Below are positions 16,801 to 26,294 of a DNA stretch of 32,000 nucleotides, piece by piece. The notes beneath the pieces are model-generated. The model had not been told where the DNA came from. It worked only from the letters and a program-made list of their open reading frames with translations, and did no database searches. The position numbers and the translations under genes are program-made. Location of the stretch: the sequence record KX258185.1, one strand, 5' to 3'. Position 1 is the stretch's first letter; each line of letters opens with the position of its first letter. Origin of the DNA: Klebsiella phage vB_KpnM_KpV477.

Positions 16801-16900
16801 GTTTGCCAATTATCGTGATTTAGTTAACCAACGTCTTAAAGACGATGCAGGTAATCCTCGCGATCCTGAAAATCCGACACAGGTAAAAATTGATGAGTAA
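13802..16900 (+). CDS. 7: Baseplate wedge gp7
   Basis: 1032 aa, position and length. Confidence 0.92.
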   Translation: MTIAPFVTSLRIHKLSANQVNIRWDDVGANFYYFVELAETRNQAGEIIPADNLSWSSLGYTADNDWFEQNRIEPLTYYKMRVQTTSAGFEPSEWVETEEFQTFEENAYTFEHMQEFSLVKEFIKQKFSLNNMSYVNFNTSAMMASLMTESFQFSPEYSHLSAIENFVVGESGYHEIQGPIEAVCVDKNRTMLGEIDGILYLFERFQHMVKVSNDKGQNWQYVQLFNDRVGNPVSRVVIYQSSTTSYVLGYDKIFYGRKSSDVRWSSNEVKFSDNEVTFAKLGDQLKLGFEVELFGTYASLPADVTKYAEAFTCNDDHLYVVAKDTVRRVKLKDAPIDTDPLSPTFGEKVFEKEASHITGNPKSVCFKMDSVGGKIFALITGEVKTLGLDPTDPRNVVDSATKGVYVYQEGTNTWKRVFGNTDEEKRRIEHLLTSMSTDGKEIFFSSANFKTIEYAQDTELEAKYPELISSAVKNVNPIQYHSDKHYHMMSFRADEFSGWETFVPGPMRFYAEPWFVWMAREGNRCWISTADHAVVIYNDIFYQKRIDTAAQGTTERVLSEVWDKGDATFYCPPVSFNGFLQYASGIMFHEPDGKLIGYYAFDYRVRDQVTLNWKPTDVMFKAFLQNQTREEEWTPEHTPGLRDPDLRPYLTKMMPDSYLLQDSNFEHFCKYYLQFLSDGNGTHYNSLVNLVKNKYPREENAWEYLWSEVYKRNIYLSKDARDAVVRFFEARKNDFYATKGIEDSYKFLFKLLYNEDVEIDIESKNTTEYDIIVESTNISDDLVGRTIYTASGRSNVTYIEREYQDGRLLWRITIHNLSGRFIEGQEIKSERTDFEGVIIQGVRGKDMLSNNIDYINRSRSYYVMKIKSQLPTSRFRDDVLRFVHPVGFGFIGITLLTMFINSGLNMKHVETIINKLKNYKWDAGLPSVYPDRVAIIASDDTIERDPITNEPRYSSRTQAGEPFPLPANYNQENNNSVIAGQNPGQRRKPLSPTFDQSAVTFANYRDLVNQRLKDDAGNPRDPENPTQVKIDE

Positions 16901-17918
16901 TTCAACAAGAGCAAGTTCAACACGTAGCACGATTTATCGTGCTATCATTACATCTAAGTTTAGAACTGAAAAGATGTACACATTTTATAAATCAATTGGT
17001 CCGGGAACGGACCAAAACACACTATATGTTTCATTTGGAAAAAGCACTCCGTGGTCAGATAATGAATCTGAACCTGGATTTGCACCTCCATATCCCGCTG
17101 ATAATGGAGATGGGGTAGTTGATGTTTGGACAAATATGATGGGGGCAGTCAAAATTGAATCATCTATGCTTGACTGCGTTGTTCCAAGAAGAGACTGGGG
17201 CGATACTAGATATCCTAACCCGCGCACATTTCTGATTGGTGATATTGTTGTTGCTAACTCTGCGCCATATAACAGAACTGATGCTGGATTTGGGTGGATG
17301 GTATATAGATGTATTGATGTTCCAAAAGATGGGATGTGTTCAATCGGCAATCTTACAAGCAAAGATGAATGTATTAAGCTTGGGGGCAAATGGACACCAT
17401 CAACTATTTCAGGCTCAGCTCCTCGTGGTCGTGGAGATGCGAACGGCACAGTCGATTTAGGCGATGGATATCTTTGGGAATATCTATATGAAATTCCAGC
17501 TGATGTGTCAATTAATAGATGCACAAATGAATACATCGTAGTTCCTTGGCCAGAAGAGATTGAAGAATCTCCGTCTCGTTGGGGATTTCAAAACAACTTA
17601 ACATGGCAGCAAAATGACTTTAATTTAATTTATCGCATGAAGTGCAATACGATTAGATTTAAAGCATATCTTGACGCAATTTATTTCCCAGAATTTAGTC
17701 TTCCAGGAAATACTGGGTTTAGACAGCTGTCAATTATAACTAATCCGCTTGAAGTTAAGCCAATGCCAAATTCACCTAATGTTAAGGCTGAAAAAGGCTG
17801 GTATAGTGCTTCTGGTCTTGAAAGACAGTCAGGTGAAATGATTTACATGGAAAATCGGCAACCTATTATACGTTCAATGGACCAAACAGAAGAGTTAAAT
17901 TTAATTTTCGAGTTTTAA
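16893..17918 (+). CDS. 8: Baseplate wedge gp8
   Basis: Position, length; ATG at 16893 preferred to TTG at 16890. Confidence 0.92.
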   Translation: MSNSTRASSTRSTIYRAIITSKFRTEKMYTFYKSIGPGTDQNTLYVSFGKSTPWSDNESEPGFAPPYPADNGDGVVDVWTNMMGAVKIESSMLDCVVPRRDWGDTRYPNPRTFLIGDIVVANSAPYNRTDAGFGWMVYRCIDVPKDGMCSIGNLTSKDECIKLGGKWTPSTISGSAPRGRGDANGTVDLGDGYLWEYLYEIPADVSINRCTNEYIVVPWPEEIEESPSRWGFQNNLTWQQNDFNLIYRMKCNTIRFKAYLDAIYFPEFSLPGNTGFRQLSIITNPLEVKPMPNSPNVKAEKGWYSASGLERQSGEMIYMENRQPIIRSMDQTEELNLIFEF

Positions 17919-17920
17919 TT

Positions 17921-17947
17921 ATGGGGAGCCAAAGGCTCCCCATTTTT
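17921..17947 (+). terminator. Rho-independent terminator after gene 8
   Basis: ATGGGGAGCC-AAA-GGCTCCCCAT followed by T run. Confidence 0.85.
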
Positions 17948-17948
17948 A

Positions 17949-17956
17949 TATAAATA
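17949..17956 (+). promoter_or_regulatory. T4-type late promoter box for gene 9
   Basis: TATAAATA. Confidence 0.7.
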
Positions 17957-17984
17957 GGACTATACTTTGATATGAGGTTAACCT

Positions 17985-18896
17985 ATGTATACAGATAAAG
18001 GTAAAAAAATAATTGACGTCGGTGAGATTGGTAACGCTTCTACCGGCGACATTCTGTACGATGGTGGTGTGAAAATTAATGATAACTTCGACGCCATTTA
18101 CAACGCCTTCGCCGACCAACGATTATTTGCAGCTGGCGGCGGAGCATTGAACCAAAAAATTCATGCAACAAGCTATTATCAAAAGATAAAATTTGGTGAT
18201 GCTAACTCTGCAGGGACAGTTCCAATGGGGTCATGCATAGATGCTGATTGTTCAGAAGGTGCAGTTCAAATACGTCTTTCAAAAGGTAAAGCGGGAGAAG
18301 CTGTATTCGTTGTAAATAGTAATGGCTCAGCATCAAAAGCTAGATCCATAAAAATAACAACAAACGGCGAAGGTGTAGCAGATGCATTTAAAGACGGATC
18401 GCGAGAATTGATTATCAACACACCAAGATGTAGAATTGAGCTATGGTGTATTGAAGTCAAAGCTAACGGTGCTGCAGTTTGGGATTATTCAATTTCAAGT
18501 ATGTTTGGCAGCACATATTCGCCATTAGAAGCTACGTATAATTTAACAAGTTCTCCTATTAATATTCGACTTGGATATAATGATGATTACTCCACCGTTA
18601 AATTGTTATTAAGCTTCAGTGCAAATCCGGGTGGTCAAACCATCAAAAGGCAATCATCTGAAGTCATGCTTATGATTGACCCGACTATTACTTCATCAGC
18701 GCCAAACGGAAGAGTATTTGACACTGAATATGCAGTGTTAAGAAGTGGTGAATCATCTGAAAATGAAAAGATGTATTCTATTTCATACTCTATTAACGCG
18801 CAGAAAGATTTAATATGCACAGCTTCAACATCTTATGGAAACGCACGTTTGGCAGTTAAAGTTATTGCTACACAGACCGTAGGGGTATCTCAATAA
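17985..18896 (+). CDS. 9: Baseplate protein gp9 (long tail fiber socket)
   Basis: Position and gp9-like N-terminus. Confidence 0.88.
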   Translation: MYTDKGKKIIDVGEIGNASTGDILYDGGVKINDNFDAIYNAFADQRLFAAGGGALNQKIHATSYYQKIKFGDANSAGTVPMGSCIDADCSEGAVQIRLSKGKAGEAVFVVNSNGSASKARSIKITTNGEGVADAFKDGSRELIINTPRCRIELWCIEVKANGAAVWDYSISSMFGSTYSPLEATYNLTSSPINIRLGYNDDYSTVKLLLSFSANPGGQTIKRQSSEVMLMIDPTITSSAPNGRVFDTEYAVLRSGESSENEKMYSISYSINAQKDLICTASTSYGNARLAVKVIATQTVGVSQ

Positions 18897-20719
18897 TGAA
18901 ACAAAATTTAATAGTAGGCCAATCAGTAGATGATGGGTCTGGTGATTACCTCCGTAAAGGTGGTCTTAAAATTAATAACAACTTTGATGATTTATATTCA
19001 GAGTTAGGTGATGGTTCAGTTCCATTCGCAGCAGGTGCATGGAAAACTTTTAAAGCTAGCCCTACTGGAACTACTTTAAATGCTAAGTTTGGTCAGGCCT
19101 TTGCTATTAATACCCAGGCAGCAAGAGTTAACGTTCAGCTTCCAAAGGGTACAGCCAACGACTATAACAAAGTTATTAAACTTCGTGATGTTTGGTCAAC
19201 CTGGCGATTAAGCCCAATCACAGTTATTCCTGCTCAAGGCGATACATTAAAGGGTTCAGCTTCTCCTAAAATTTTCAATACTAACTTCCAAGATTTGGAA
19301 TTGGTTTATTGCGCCCCTGGCCGCTGGGAATATATTGAAAATAAAACAGTAGACAAGCTAACTAATGGCAACTTAAGTACTGTAGCGAAAAAATCAATTA
19401 TTGCTACCGCCGGACAGACTGACTTTCTTAACATTTTCGATGGCGTAGATTATAACGAAGACTCACTTAACGTATATCGTCGTGGTAATATTTTATATTA
19501 CGGTGAAACCAGCGTTATGGATAAAGCCAATGCTGATTACGGTTCTCCTGGAACGGTAGCGGGTCAATTGGTAGAATTAAACGGTAAAGACATTCGTTTA
19601 AAAGTTCCGTGCGTTGAAGGGGAAGTAATAACATTCGAAACCTTCTTAGATGGAATTGGTGTATATCGTTCTTCATACAACAAGTTAGCTATCCAGATAC
19701 GAGATTCAGCCCAGACTACATCCCAGACGATTCCTGGGTCAATTATAGTAGATAACCTTGCTACTCTCCGCAGAATCACTCTGGATGACATGGGTGTACT
19801 TCCAGGCGTAGGGGTAAATCCTAACTCGCTTGAAATTTCATTGAACGGAAAGGAATTACTCGAAGCTGGAACTGCTGGTCTTCCTTTATTTTATTGCGAA
19901 GGCGCAGAAGGCGGATATGCAGAAGACTGTATAAACAACGGTGGTCAATGGGTAAATTCTAACCAAGATTACAGACTGGAATTTGACTCGACTGGTATTA
20001 ACGTAGAAGCTATTATTTTTGGTGAAGCGTTCGAGGATAAAGACCTTCTTACTGTTCGTTGGTTCAACAACAACATCGGTACTACTATGAATATCGATGA
20101 TATCATGGCAGAAACTGATCATGTGTATATGAATGCGGAGCAATTAGTAACTCTAAAAAATCGCATTGAATACACTAACTATGATGAACCGAATCAGAAA
20201 AATATGCGTCCTGTCGCTGATGATGTTATGATTAAAGTCAATAACATTGCAGCATTCTTTGACGTAATTTATCCGATTGGTACTATCTACGAAAACGCCC
20301 ATAACCATGCAAACCCTGCCGATTACATGGGATTTGGTGTATGGAAGCTTTACTCTCAGGGTCGTGTTACTGCGGGTTGGAATAATGATTCATCTGACCC
20401 TTATTTTGCGCGTAACAATAATAACCTAAACGAAAACGGGCAACCATCGTTAACAGCAGGTGGAACAGTTGGTGATTTGACATTTACATTAGGAAAAGAA
20501 CACATTCCTGAGTTAATGTCAAGGGACAAAGTTCTAATTTCAGACCCTGAACATGGCAGCGTAGTTATTGGCGGATGTCAATTAGACCCAGACGCGCAGG
20601 GACCAGGTTATTCTAAATACCGTGAAGACACTGTTGCAGTAAACAATGGTGTAGTTCCAAATGACATCACTAAAATTCAGCCAACAATCACCGTTTATCG
20701 TTGGATTAGGGTAGGTTAA
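18896..20719 (+). CDS. 10: Baseplate wedge gp10
   Basis: 607 aa; YPIGTIYENAHNHANPADYMGFGVWKLYSQGRV domain. Confidence 0.9.
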   Translation: MKQNLIVGQSVDDGSGDYLRKGGLKINNNFDDLYSELGDGSVPFAAGAWKTFKASPTGTTLNAKFGQAFAINTQAARVNVQLPKGTANDYNKVIKLRDVWSTWRLSPITVIPAQGDTLKGSASPKIFNTNFQDLELVYCAPGRWEYIENKTVDKLTNGNLSTVAKKSIIATAGQTDFLNIFDGVDYNEDSLNVYRRGNILYYGETSVMDKANADYGSPGTVAGQLVELNGKDIRLKVPCVEGEVITFETFLDGIGVYRSSYNKLAIQIRDSAQTTSQTIPGSIIVDNLATLRRITLDDMGVLPGVGVNPNSLEISLNGKELLEAGTAGLPLFYCEGAEGGYAEDCINNGGQWVNSNQDYRLEFDSTGINVEAIIFGEAFEDKDLLTVRWFNNNIGTTMNIDDIMAETDHVYMNAEQLVTLKNRIEYTNYDEPNQKNMRPVADDVMIKVNNIAAFFDVIYPIGTIYENAHNHANPADYMGFGVWKLYSQGRVTAGWNNDSSDPYFARNNNNLNENGQPSLTAGGTVGDLTFTLGKEHIPELMSRDKVLISDPEHGSVVIGGCQLDPDAQGPGYSKYREDTVAVNNGVVPNDITKIQPTITVYRWIRVG

Positions 20720-20720
20720 A

Positions 20721-21392
20721 ATGACTATTGAAACTAAAACTCGTGAAGGAGCTAAAGTTAATTCAAAATTAACTGCTTTTTCAGAATATCGTGTAGACCC
20801 GCAGAATATCGCTGTGGGAAATAAGGCTCCTATAGGGAGCCTAACCTTTGAACAAATGGATTTAGGTGTTTGGTATCCAAACGCAGAAGCTGCTATTAAT
20901 GATTTAATGTCATTACAGTCAGCTGAAATTGGAACTATTATTTGCAATGACACTGGAATATCTCCACAGCCAGCACAGCAAATTACTCGTGCTACTTTTT
21001 CAGGCGTAGTTTCGTTAGAACCTAAAGAAGACGGTTCTGTTGGTGACCCAGTAATAATTCATATTCTCGGATTGCCGATTAGAATTGCGAATGGTGATGA
21101 CTTTGCTGCAGTAGCTACCAGGTGGTATGATAAGGTAAAAGAATTAGAAGCAGTTGGAAAAGTGGTTCAACAAGTTACTCAATCACCTGCAACTCCTCAG
21201 TATGTTGATATTATTCATCTGGATTATCAGAACCATAATTTTGAAACATATAAAAAATATGGTTTAACTGTTGAGTTTACTGTTACTTCACCCGCTAAAG
21301 CGGGTTATGGACAATGGGACGCTATTGGTAACGAAACTAAAACCTTCGGTGCAAACACATTTACATTCCACTATTTTAGAAGGATGGGATAA
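20721..21392 (+). CDS. 11: Baseplate wedge gp11
   Basis: Position, length. Confidence 0.88.
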   Translation: MTIETKTREGAKVNSKLTAFSEYRVDPQNIAVGNKAPIGSLTFEQMDLGVWYPNAEAAINDLMSLQSAEIGTIICNDTGISPQPAQQITRATFSGVVSLEPKEDGSVGDPVIIHILGLPIRIANGDDFAAVATRWYDKVKELEAVGKVVQQVTQSPATPQYVDIIHLDYQNHNFETYKKYGLTVEFTVTSPAKAGYGQWDAIGNETKTFGANTFTFHYFRRMG

Positions 21393-22732
21393 TGGCCCAG
21401 AATAACTATAATCACTACAGTGATTTGGCCAAATATACGATATTTGACCCAGCAAATACGCAATGGCCAGTTGCTACAAAAGACGTCCAATCAGCGCTAG
21501 CGTTGATTGGAAGCTGGGCAAGAACTGACACTGGATTACCTGCAGCATCTCCAACCGTAGCAGGTATAATTCGTACAGCTACACAGGCCGAAGTTGAAGC
21601 TGGAACTGTAGGTAATGCTGCTGTTACCCCAGCTACATTAAAATCCACAATTACTCGGCCTGAAGCAACTACCGCAATTCTTGGCTTAACCCGATACGCA
21701 ACTAATACCGAAGCCGCAGCATTAACCGCAGCAAACAGAACTATTACAGCTGCTGCTCTTGGTCATGTGTTTAAAACTGTAAAAGCCCAAGAAAACGTAG
21801 ATGGAACTGTTAGGTTAACGACTGCAGCTCAAGCTCAAGCAGGAACTGATGAAACCACTGCAGTAACTCCTAAGCGTGTTGTAGAAATGATTGGAAAGTT
21901 CAGCGTTAATCCTCCTACTTATACTTCTGCAACAGAAAGCAACTTGGGATTAGTTCGTGTCGCAACCCAAGCCCAGGTAGCAGCAGGTGCTGTTCACGAT
22001 GGATACGCAGTAACTCCAAAAACCTTCATGGCATCAAAAGCGTCTGACAGTGTATTTGGTATAGTAAAATTTGCTAAAGACTCAGATGTGGCTTCAGCAA
22101 CAGCTAATAACCTAGCAGTTACTCCAAAAAGTCTTCAAGCGTTAAAATCCACCAAGGATAAATATGGATTAACCAGATTATCAGGTTCTCCAACTACTGA
22201 TGCTTCATTGGCGGCTGCTGCAACAGATGCTGTTTTTAAAACTCGCAAAATAAATGGAAAAACCCTTGATAACGATATAACAATTACCAATAACGATATC
22301 AATTGCTATACACGCCCTGAGTCGGATGGAAGATATATGCCAGCTGGAACGCGTGTCGGTAATATTACTTGGGTAGAAGGTGGAACTTATATTCCTGCTG
22401 GAAACTGGTTTGGGTGTAATTCTCCATATGAAGCCACTTCTAGATTGGCGCTGACTCTCACAATAAAATTCCAACGTAATAACGATGGCTATGACAATAG
22501 AATTTGGAGATTTAGAATAACTGTCAACGGGGAAAATAGAGGAGAACATACACTCAATATAGAGAATACCAAGGGTGGTAGAAATGGTCATTCGTGGAGA
22601 TTTGAAGGATATGCTACAGGCTCATATATTATAAATGATGTTCCTCCTAACGCCAGAGTTCAAATTGAGCCATTTGAAAATATCCGTGGCGATAATTATT
22701 CAGCGTCATTAACATTTTGCACCAACCGATAG
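21392..22732 (+). CDS. 12: Short tail fiber gp12 with divergent C-terminus
   Basis: N-terminal gp12-like triple beta-helix repeats; position. Confidence 0.85.
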   Translation: MAQNNYNHYSDLAKYTIFDPANTQWPVATKDVQSALALIGSWARTDTGLPAASPTVAGIIRTATQAEVEAGTVGNAAVTPATLKSTITRPEATTAILGLTRYATNTEAAALTAANRTITAAALGHVFKTVKAQENVDGTVRLTTAAQAQAGTDETTAVTPKRVVEMIGKFSVNPPTYTSATESNLGLVRVATQAQVAAGAVHDGYAVTPKTFMASKASDSVFGIVKFAKDSDVASATANNLAVTPKSLQALKSTKDKYGLTRLSGSPTTDASLAAAATDAVFKTRKINGKTLDNDITITNNDINCYTRPESDGRYMPAGTRVGNITWVEGGTYIPAGNWFGCNSPYEATSRLALTLTIKFQRNNDGYDNRIWRFRITVNGENRGEHTLNIENTKGGRNGHSWRFEGYATGSYIINDVPPNARVQIEPFENIRGDNYSASLTFCTNR

Positions 22733-22740
22733 GGAATTAT

Positions 22741-24507
22741 ATGACAAAATTAGTAGACTCGCTTCCGTTTGTTGACGGAATTCCGGAAGATTTTCAACAG
22801 AGAATTGGCTGGATTAGAAATACGGAGCCTCTTAATGGGGCTTCAACTCGATACGGAAATGATGGAGAACTAAATAGAGCTTCTGTACAGATTCAGAAAA
22901 ACATTGTTCAAGTTCACAATGATTTGAGTAATGTTGGAACTGTTGTAGAAACTATTCAGGTGGATGTAGACCAAATCAAAAAGTCATTAGAAATCACAGG
23001 TTCTTCTGACGCTATTGAGCAGGTTTATATCAATAAAAAGAATATTGAAAAACATGATGGGCAAATTCTTAAATTAGAAGAAGACACCACAAAGATTAGA
23101 ACTGACCTCGATTTTCTTGAAGAGGATGTAGGTGTTTATGATTCTAGTAAAGATGACTATTACAGAACTGTTCGCGATAATATAGTTTGGGTTAAACGGG
23201 AAATTGGGGCATATCCTGGCCAAGACATTAACGGACAGCCTAAGCAAGACGCTCCAGGTTCTGGTATGAAATATCGAATCATCAATAACGCGTCAGCTAT
23301 AGTAAAACATGATGAGCGTATTCAAGCGCTAGAGGACGCATATAATGATTCGGATGTTGGTTCATTGACTATTGAAGTAAATGACCTGCGTAAAGAAGTT
23401 GGTCCTAAATCCGGAGCCACTTCAGCTTCAATTTATGCAAGGCTCGTGAATAACGCTGATGCTATTTCCGCAGCTAACAATGAAATCTTTGCTATTAACC
23501 AAGCCATTGATTTTACCAATCCAGTAAAAATTGGAGCTCGCACTACTAGATTAGAAAACGATTATCGTATAGTTGACGCAACACTTAACTCTGCGCAGAC
23601 CGGATTAGTTCCTCGTGTCAATAATATTGATGCTCGTTTAGGGTCTTCTGATAAGCCTGATACTATTGAAGGAAAAATTAGTTCTCTTTCAACTGACCAA
23701 GGGTACATTTCTGATGTTGTAGGACGTGATACTTCATCAGGGCTTCAGGGTCAAGTAGCATGGATAAATCAGCAAGTTGGTATTGTTCCTGGCGGACAGC
23801 CGATTCCTCCTGGGTCAATTTTAGCGAGAATGACCAATGTTGAAGGTATGCAAAACTCTCAGCAGTCTGCTATTCAGGACATTCAAGTAGAACTTGGCAA
23901 TAACAGCGAAGGGTTAAAGGGTTCTGTATTTACATTACAGACTCAAATGAATGGTGACTTTTCGTCAGAAAACCCAGTTCAACGTGATGGTGTATACGCT
24001 ACTGTAGTAGAATTACAAGATAAATTCGTGACTGCAGTTACTGACGTAGAACAAGCTGGAGCATACCTACGTAAACAGGGCGAATGGTTTAAAAAACCTT
24101 CATCAATAGGTGAATTCAGTAAAGAAGATTTCACTGTTGATTTAAGTTCTGATGCATTGATAAATCCTAACTCATTGGTAGCTGCTTCATTTAATGCTGG
24201 CATTCGTATTGTCGATGACATTGTTGTTGATGACGATGGCGTATTTTGCGTAGAAACTGATACAGTTATCGAAGCTTCTGATTCAGATAAAGGCGTGAAA
24301 ATTGTTATTCTCGTTAATAACATCGAGGTGTTTTCCTACGGGCTCGGTGTTAAGGCGGTAACGGGCGAGCAGTTGATTAAAACCAAGAAACTCGTTGAGT
24401 TTTCATCTGGTGATGCAATCAAAATCGTGTATAGAGCTGCTTCAGAAGAATCGCAGGTTCTTGTTAAAATTAAATCTTTGGATATTACTATTCATCCAGC
24501 TGTATGA
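22741..24507 (+). CDS. wac: Fibritin (whisker) with C-terminal extension; start at MTKLVDSLPF
   Basis: Coiled-coil segments, foldon-like AGAYLRKQGEWF, position. Confidence 0.88.
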   Translation: MTKLVDSLPFVDGIPEDFQQRIGWIRNTEPLNGASTRYGNDGELNRASVQIQKNIVQVHNDLSNVGTVVETIQVDVDQIKKSLEITGSSDAIEQVYINKKNIEKHDGQILKLEEDTTKIRTDLDFLEEDVGVYDSSKDDYYRTVRDNIVWVKREIGAYPGQDINGQPKQDAPGSGMKYRIINNASAIVKHDERIQALEDAYNDSDVGSLTIEVNDLRKEVGPKSGATSASIYARLVNNADAISAANNEIFAINQAIDFTNPVKIGARTTRLENDYRIVDATLNSAQTGLVPRVNNIDARLGSSDKPDTIEGKISSLSTDQGYISDVVGRDTSSGLQGQVAWINQQVGIVPGGQPIPPGSILARMTNVEGMQNSQQSAIQDIQVELGNNSEGLKGSVFTLQTQMNGDFSSENPVQRDGVYATVVELQDKFVTAVTDVEQAGAYLRKQGEWFKKPSSIGEFSKEDFTVDLSSDALINPNSLVAASFNAGIRIVDDIVVDDDGVFCVETDTVIEASDSDKGVKIVILVNNIEVFSYGLGVKAVTGEQLIKTKKLVEFSSGDAIKIVYRAASEESQVLVKIKSLDITIHPAV

Positions 24508-24509
24508 CA

Positions 24510-24533
24510 AAAGGGACCTTCGGGTCCCTTTTT
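24510..24533 (+). terminator. Rho-independent terminator after wac
   Basis: AAAGGGACC-TTCG-GGTCCCTTTTT. Confidence 0.9.
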
Positions 24534-24535
24534 CG

Positions 24536-24543
24536 TATAAATA
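24536..24543 (+). promoter_or_regulatory. T4-type late promoter box for gene 13
   Basis: TATAAATA. Confidence 0.7.
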
Positions 24544-24563
24544 GAATATAAAGAGGAGCTCAT

Positions 24564-25505
24564 ATGTCATACAACACGTACAACCCAAAAACGCTTAAAG
24601 ACGCTATACTTCGACGTCTAGGAGCGCCGGTAATTAATGTAGAAGTAACTGAAGACCAAATTTATGATTGTATTCAACGAGCATTAGAGTTGTATGGTGA
24701 ATACCACTTTAACGGATTGAATAAAGGTTATCAGGTTTTTTATATTGGAAAAGACGAAGCTGACAACGCAAGATTTTTAAACGGTGTGTTTGATTTGCGC
24801 GGTCGTAATGTATTTGCTGTCACCCAAATTGTTAGAACAAATGTAGGTTCATTAACTTCAATGGATGGTAATGCGACATATCCATGGTTTACTGACTTTC
24901 TAATGGGAATGGCAGGAATTAATGGCGGCATGGGGTCAAGCTGTAATAAAAGTTATGGGCCAAATGCATTTGGTGCTGACCTTGGCTATTTTACTCAATT
25001 GATGACTTACTGGTCGATGATGCAAGATTTGCTTGCTCCTCTCCCGGATTATTGGTATAACTCTGATAATGAAATGCTTAAAGTAATGGGCAACTTCATG
25101 AAGGGTGACATCATTGTCTGTGAATGCTGGACCAAATCATTTATGAATACAGATGTGATGGTAGGCAATACGGCAGGATACGGATTTGCCGGTCCGCAAA
25201 CAGATGATAATTGGGGATTAGGAGATAGATACCAAAATCCTAGCCTTCGTAATAATGGCCAATATGCCGGAGAAGGTAACACAAACAGAGAAGGCGCATA
25301 TAATAATCGTTGGGTAAAAGATTATGCTACAGCATTAACTAAAAAGCTGTGGGGTGAAATTCTTTTTAAACATCAGGGTCTTCAATTGGCCGGTGGAGTT
25401 ACAGTTGATGGTCAAACACTTAAGGTAGAGGCCCAAGAAGAAATCGAGAGGCTCCGAGAGGAACTTGATTTACTTGACCCGGGTTGTCCTATTCTGTTGG
25501 GGTAA
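24564..25505 (+). CDS. 13: Neck protein gp13
   Basis: Sequence, position. Confidence 0.92.
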   Translation: MSYNTYNPKTLKDAILRRLGAPVINVEVTEDQIYDCIQRALELYGEYHFNGLNKGYQVFYIGKDEADNARFLNGVFDLRGRNVFAVTQIVRTNVGSLTSMDGNATYPWFTDFLMGMAGINGGMGSSCNKSYGPNAFGADLGYFTQLMTYWSMMQDLLAPLPDYWYNSDNEMLKVMGNFMKGDIIVCECWTKSFMNTDVMVGNTAGYGFAGPQTDDNWGLGDRYQNPSLRNNGQYAGEGNTNREGAYNNRWVKDYATALTKKLWGEILFKHQGLQLAGGVTVDGQTLKVEAQEEIERLREELDLLDPGCPILLG

Positions 25506-25508
25506 AAG

Positions 25509-26285
25509 ATGTCTACATTTGATTCTAGGCTCTTCGCTAAACTCGAAGATTATCGAGGATATAATAAAACTAATGAGACTGAAATTCTCAATCCTTATGT
25601 GAATTTTTACAATCATAGAAATAGTCAAACGTTAGCAGATGCTTTATCGGCTGAGGCTATTCAAATGAGAGGAATTGAGTTTTATTTCCTTCCTCGTGAA
25701 TATAACAATCCTGATTTGCTTTTTGGAGAAGACCCGTCAAGTAAATTCACAAAAGCTTGGAAATTTGCTGCTTATTTAGATTCATTTGAAGGATATTCTG
25801 GCGATAACACATTCTTTAGTAAATTTGGTATGATGGTTAATGATGAAGTCAATTTGACTATTAATCCCAACCTATTCAAGCATCAAACTAATAATTCTGA
25901 ACCAAAAGCCGGTGACCTAATTTATTTTCCTATGGATAACTCATTATTCGAAATTAACTGGGTTCAGCCATACGATCCATTTTATCAGTTAGGTCAAAAT
26001 GTTCAACGCAAGATTACTGCACAAAAATACATTTATTCTGGTGAGCAGCTTCAGCCAGAATTGCAACGTAATGAAGGCATTAATATTCCTGAATTTTCTG
26101 AGCTTGATTTAGAACCAATCAAAAATATAGATGCTCTTGCTGATATTTCTGATGTGCAGTACGCAGAAAGCGACGCAATCAATAAAGAAGCTGCTGAATA
26201 CGTTCATCCGTATTATGTTAATAACGGAAGAGGACTTGAGTCCCCTCCTAAAGCAGATTCGTTTGATGACGGGTTCTTCGAATAA
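25509..26285 (+). CDS. 14: Neck protein gp14
   Basis: [49 protein letters not shown], position. Confidence 0.92.
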   Translation: MSTFDSRLFAKLEDYRGYNKTNETEILNPYVNFYNHRNSQTLADALSAEAIQMRGIEFYFLPREYNNPDLLFGEDPSSKFTKAWKFAAYLDSFEGYSGDNTFFSKFGMMVNDEVNLTINPNLFKHQTNNSEPKAGDLIYFPMDNSLFEINWVQPYDPFYQLGQNVQRKITAQKYIYSGEQLQPELQRNEGINIPEFSELDLEPIKNIDALADISDVQYAESDAINKEAAEYVHPYYVNNGRGLESPPKADSFDDGFFE

Positions 26286-26294
26286 ATAATCTAT

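Noticed and set aside
16985-17536. 183-aa minus-strand ORF
   Set aside because: Fully antisense to gene 8, with low-complexity Ser/Thr/Pro composition typical of a frame shadow
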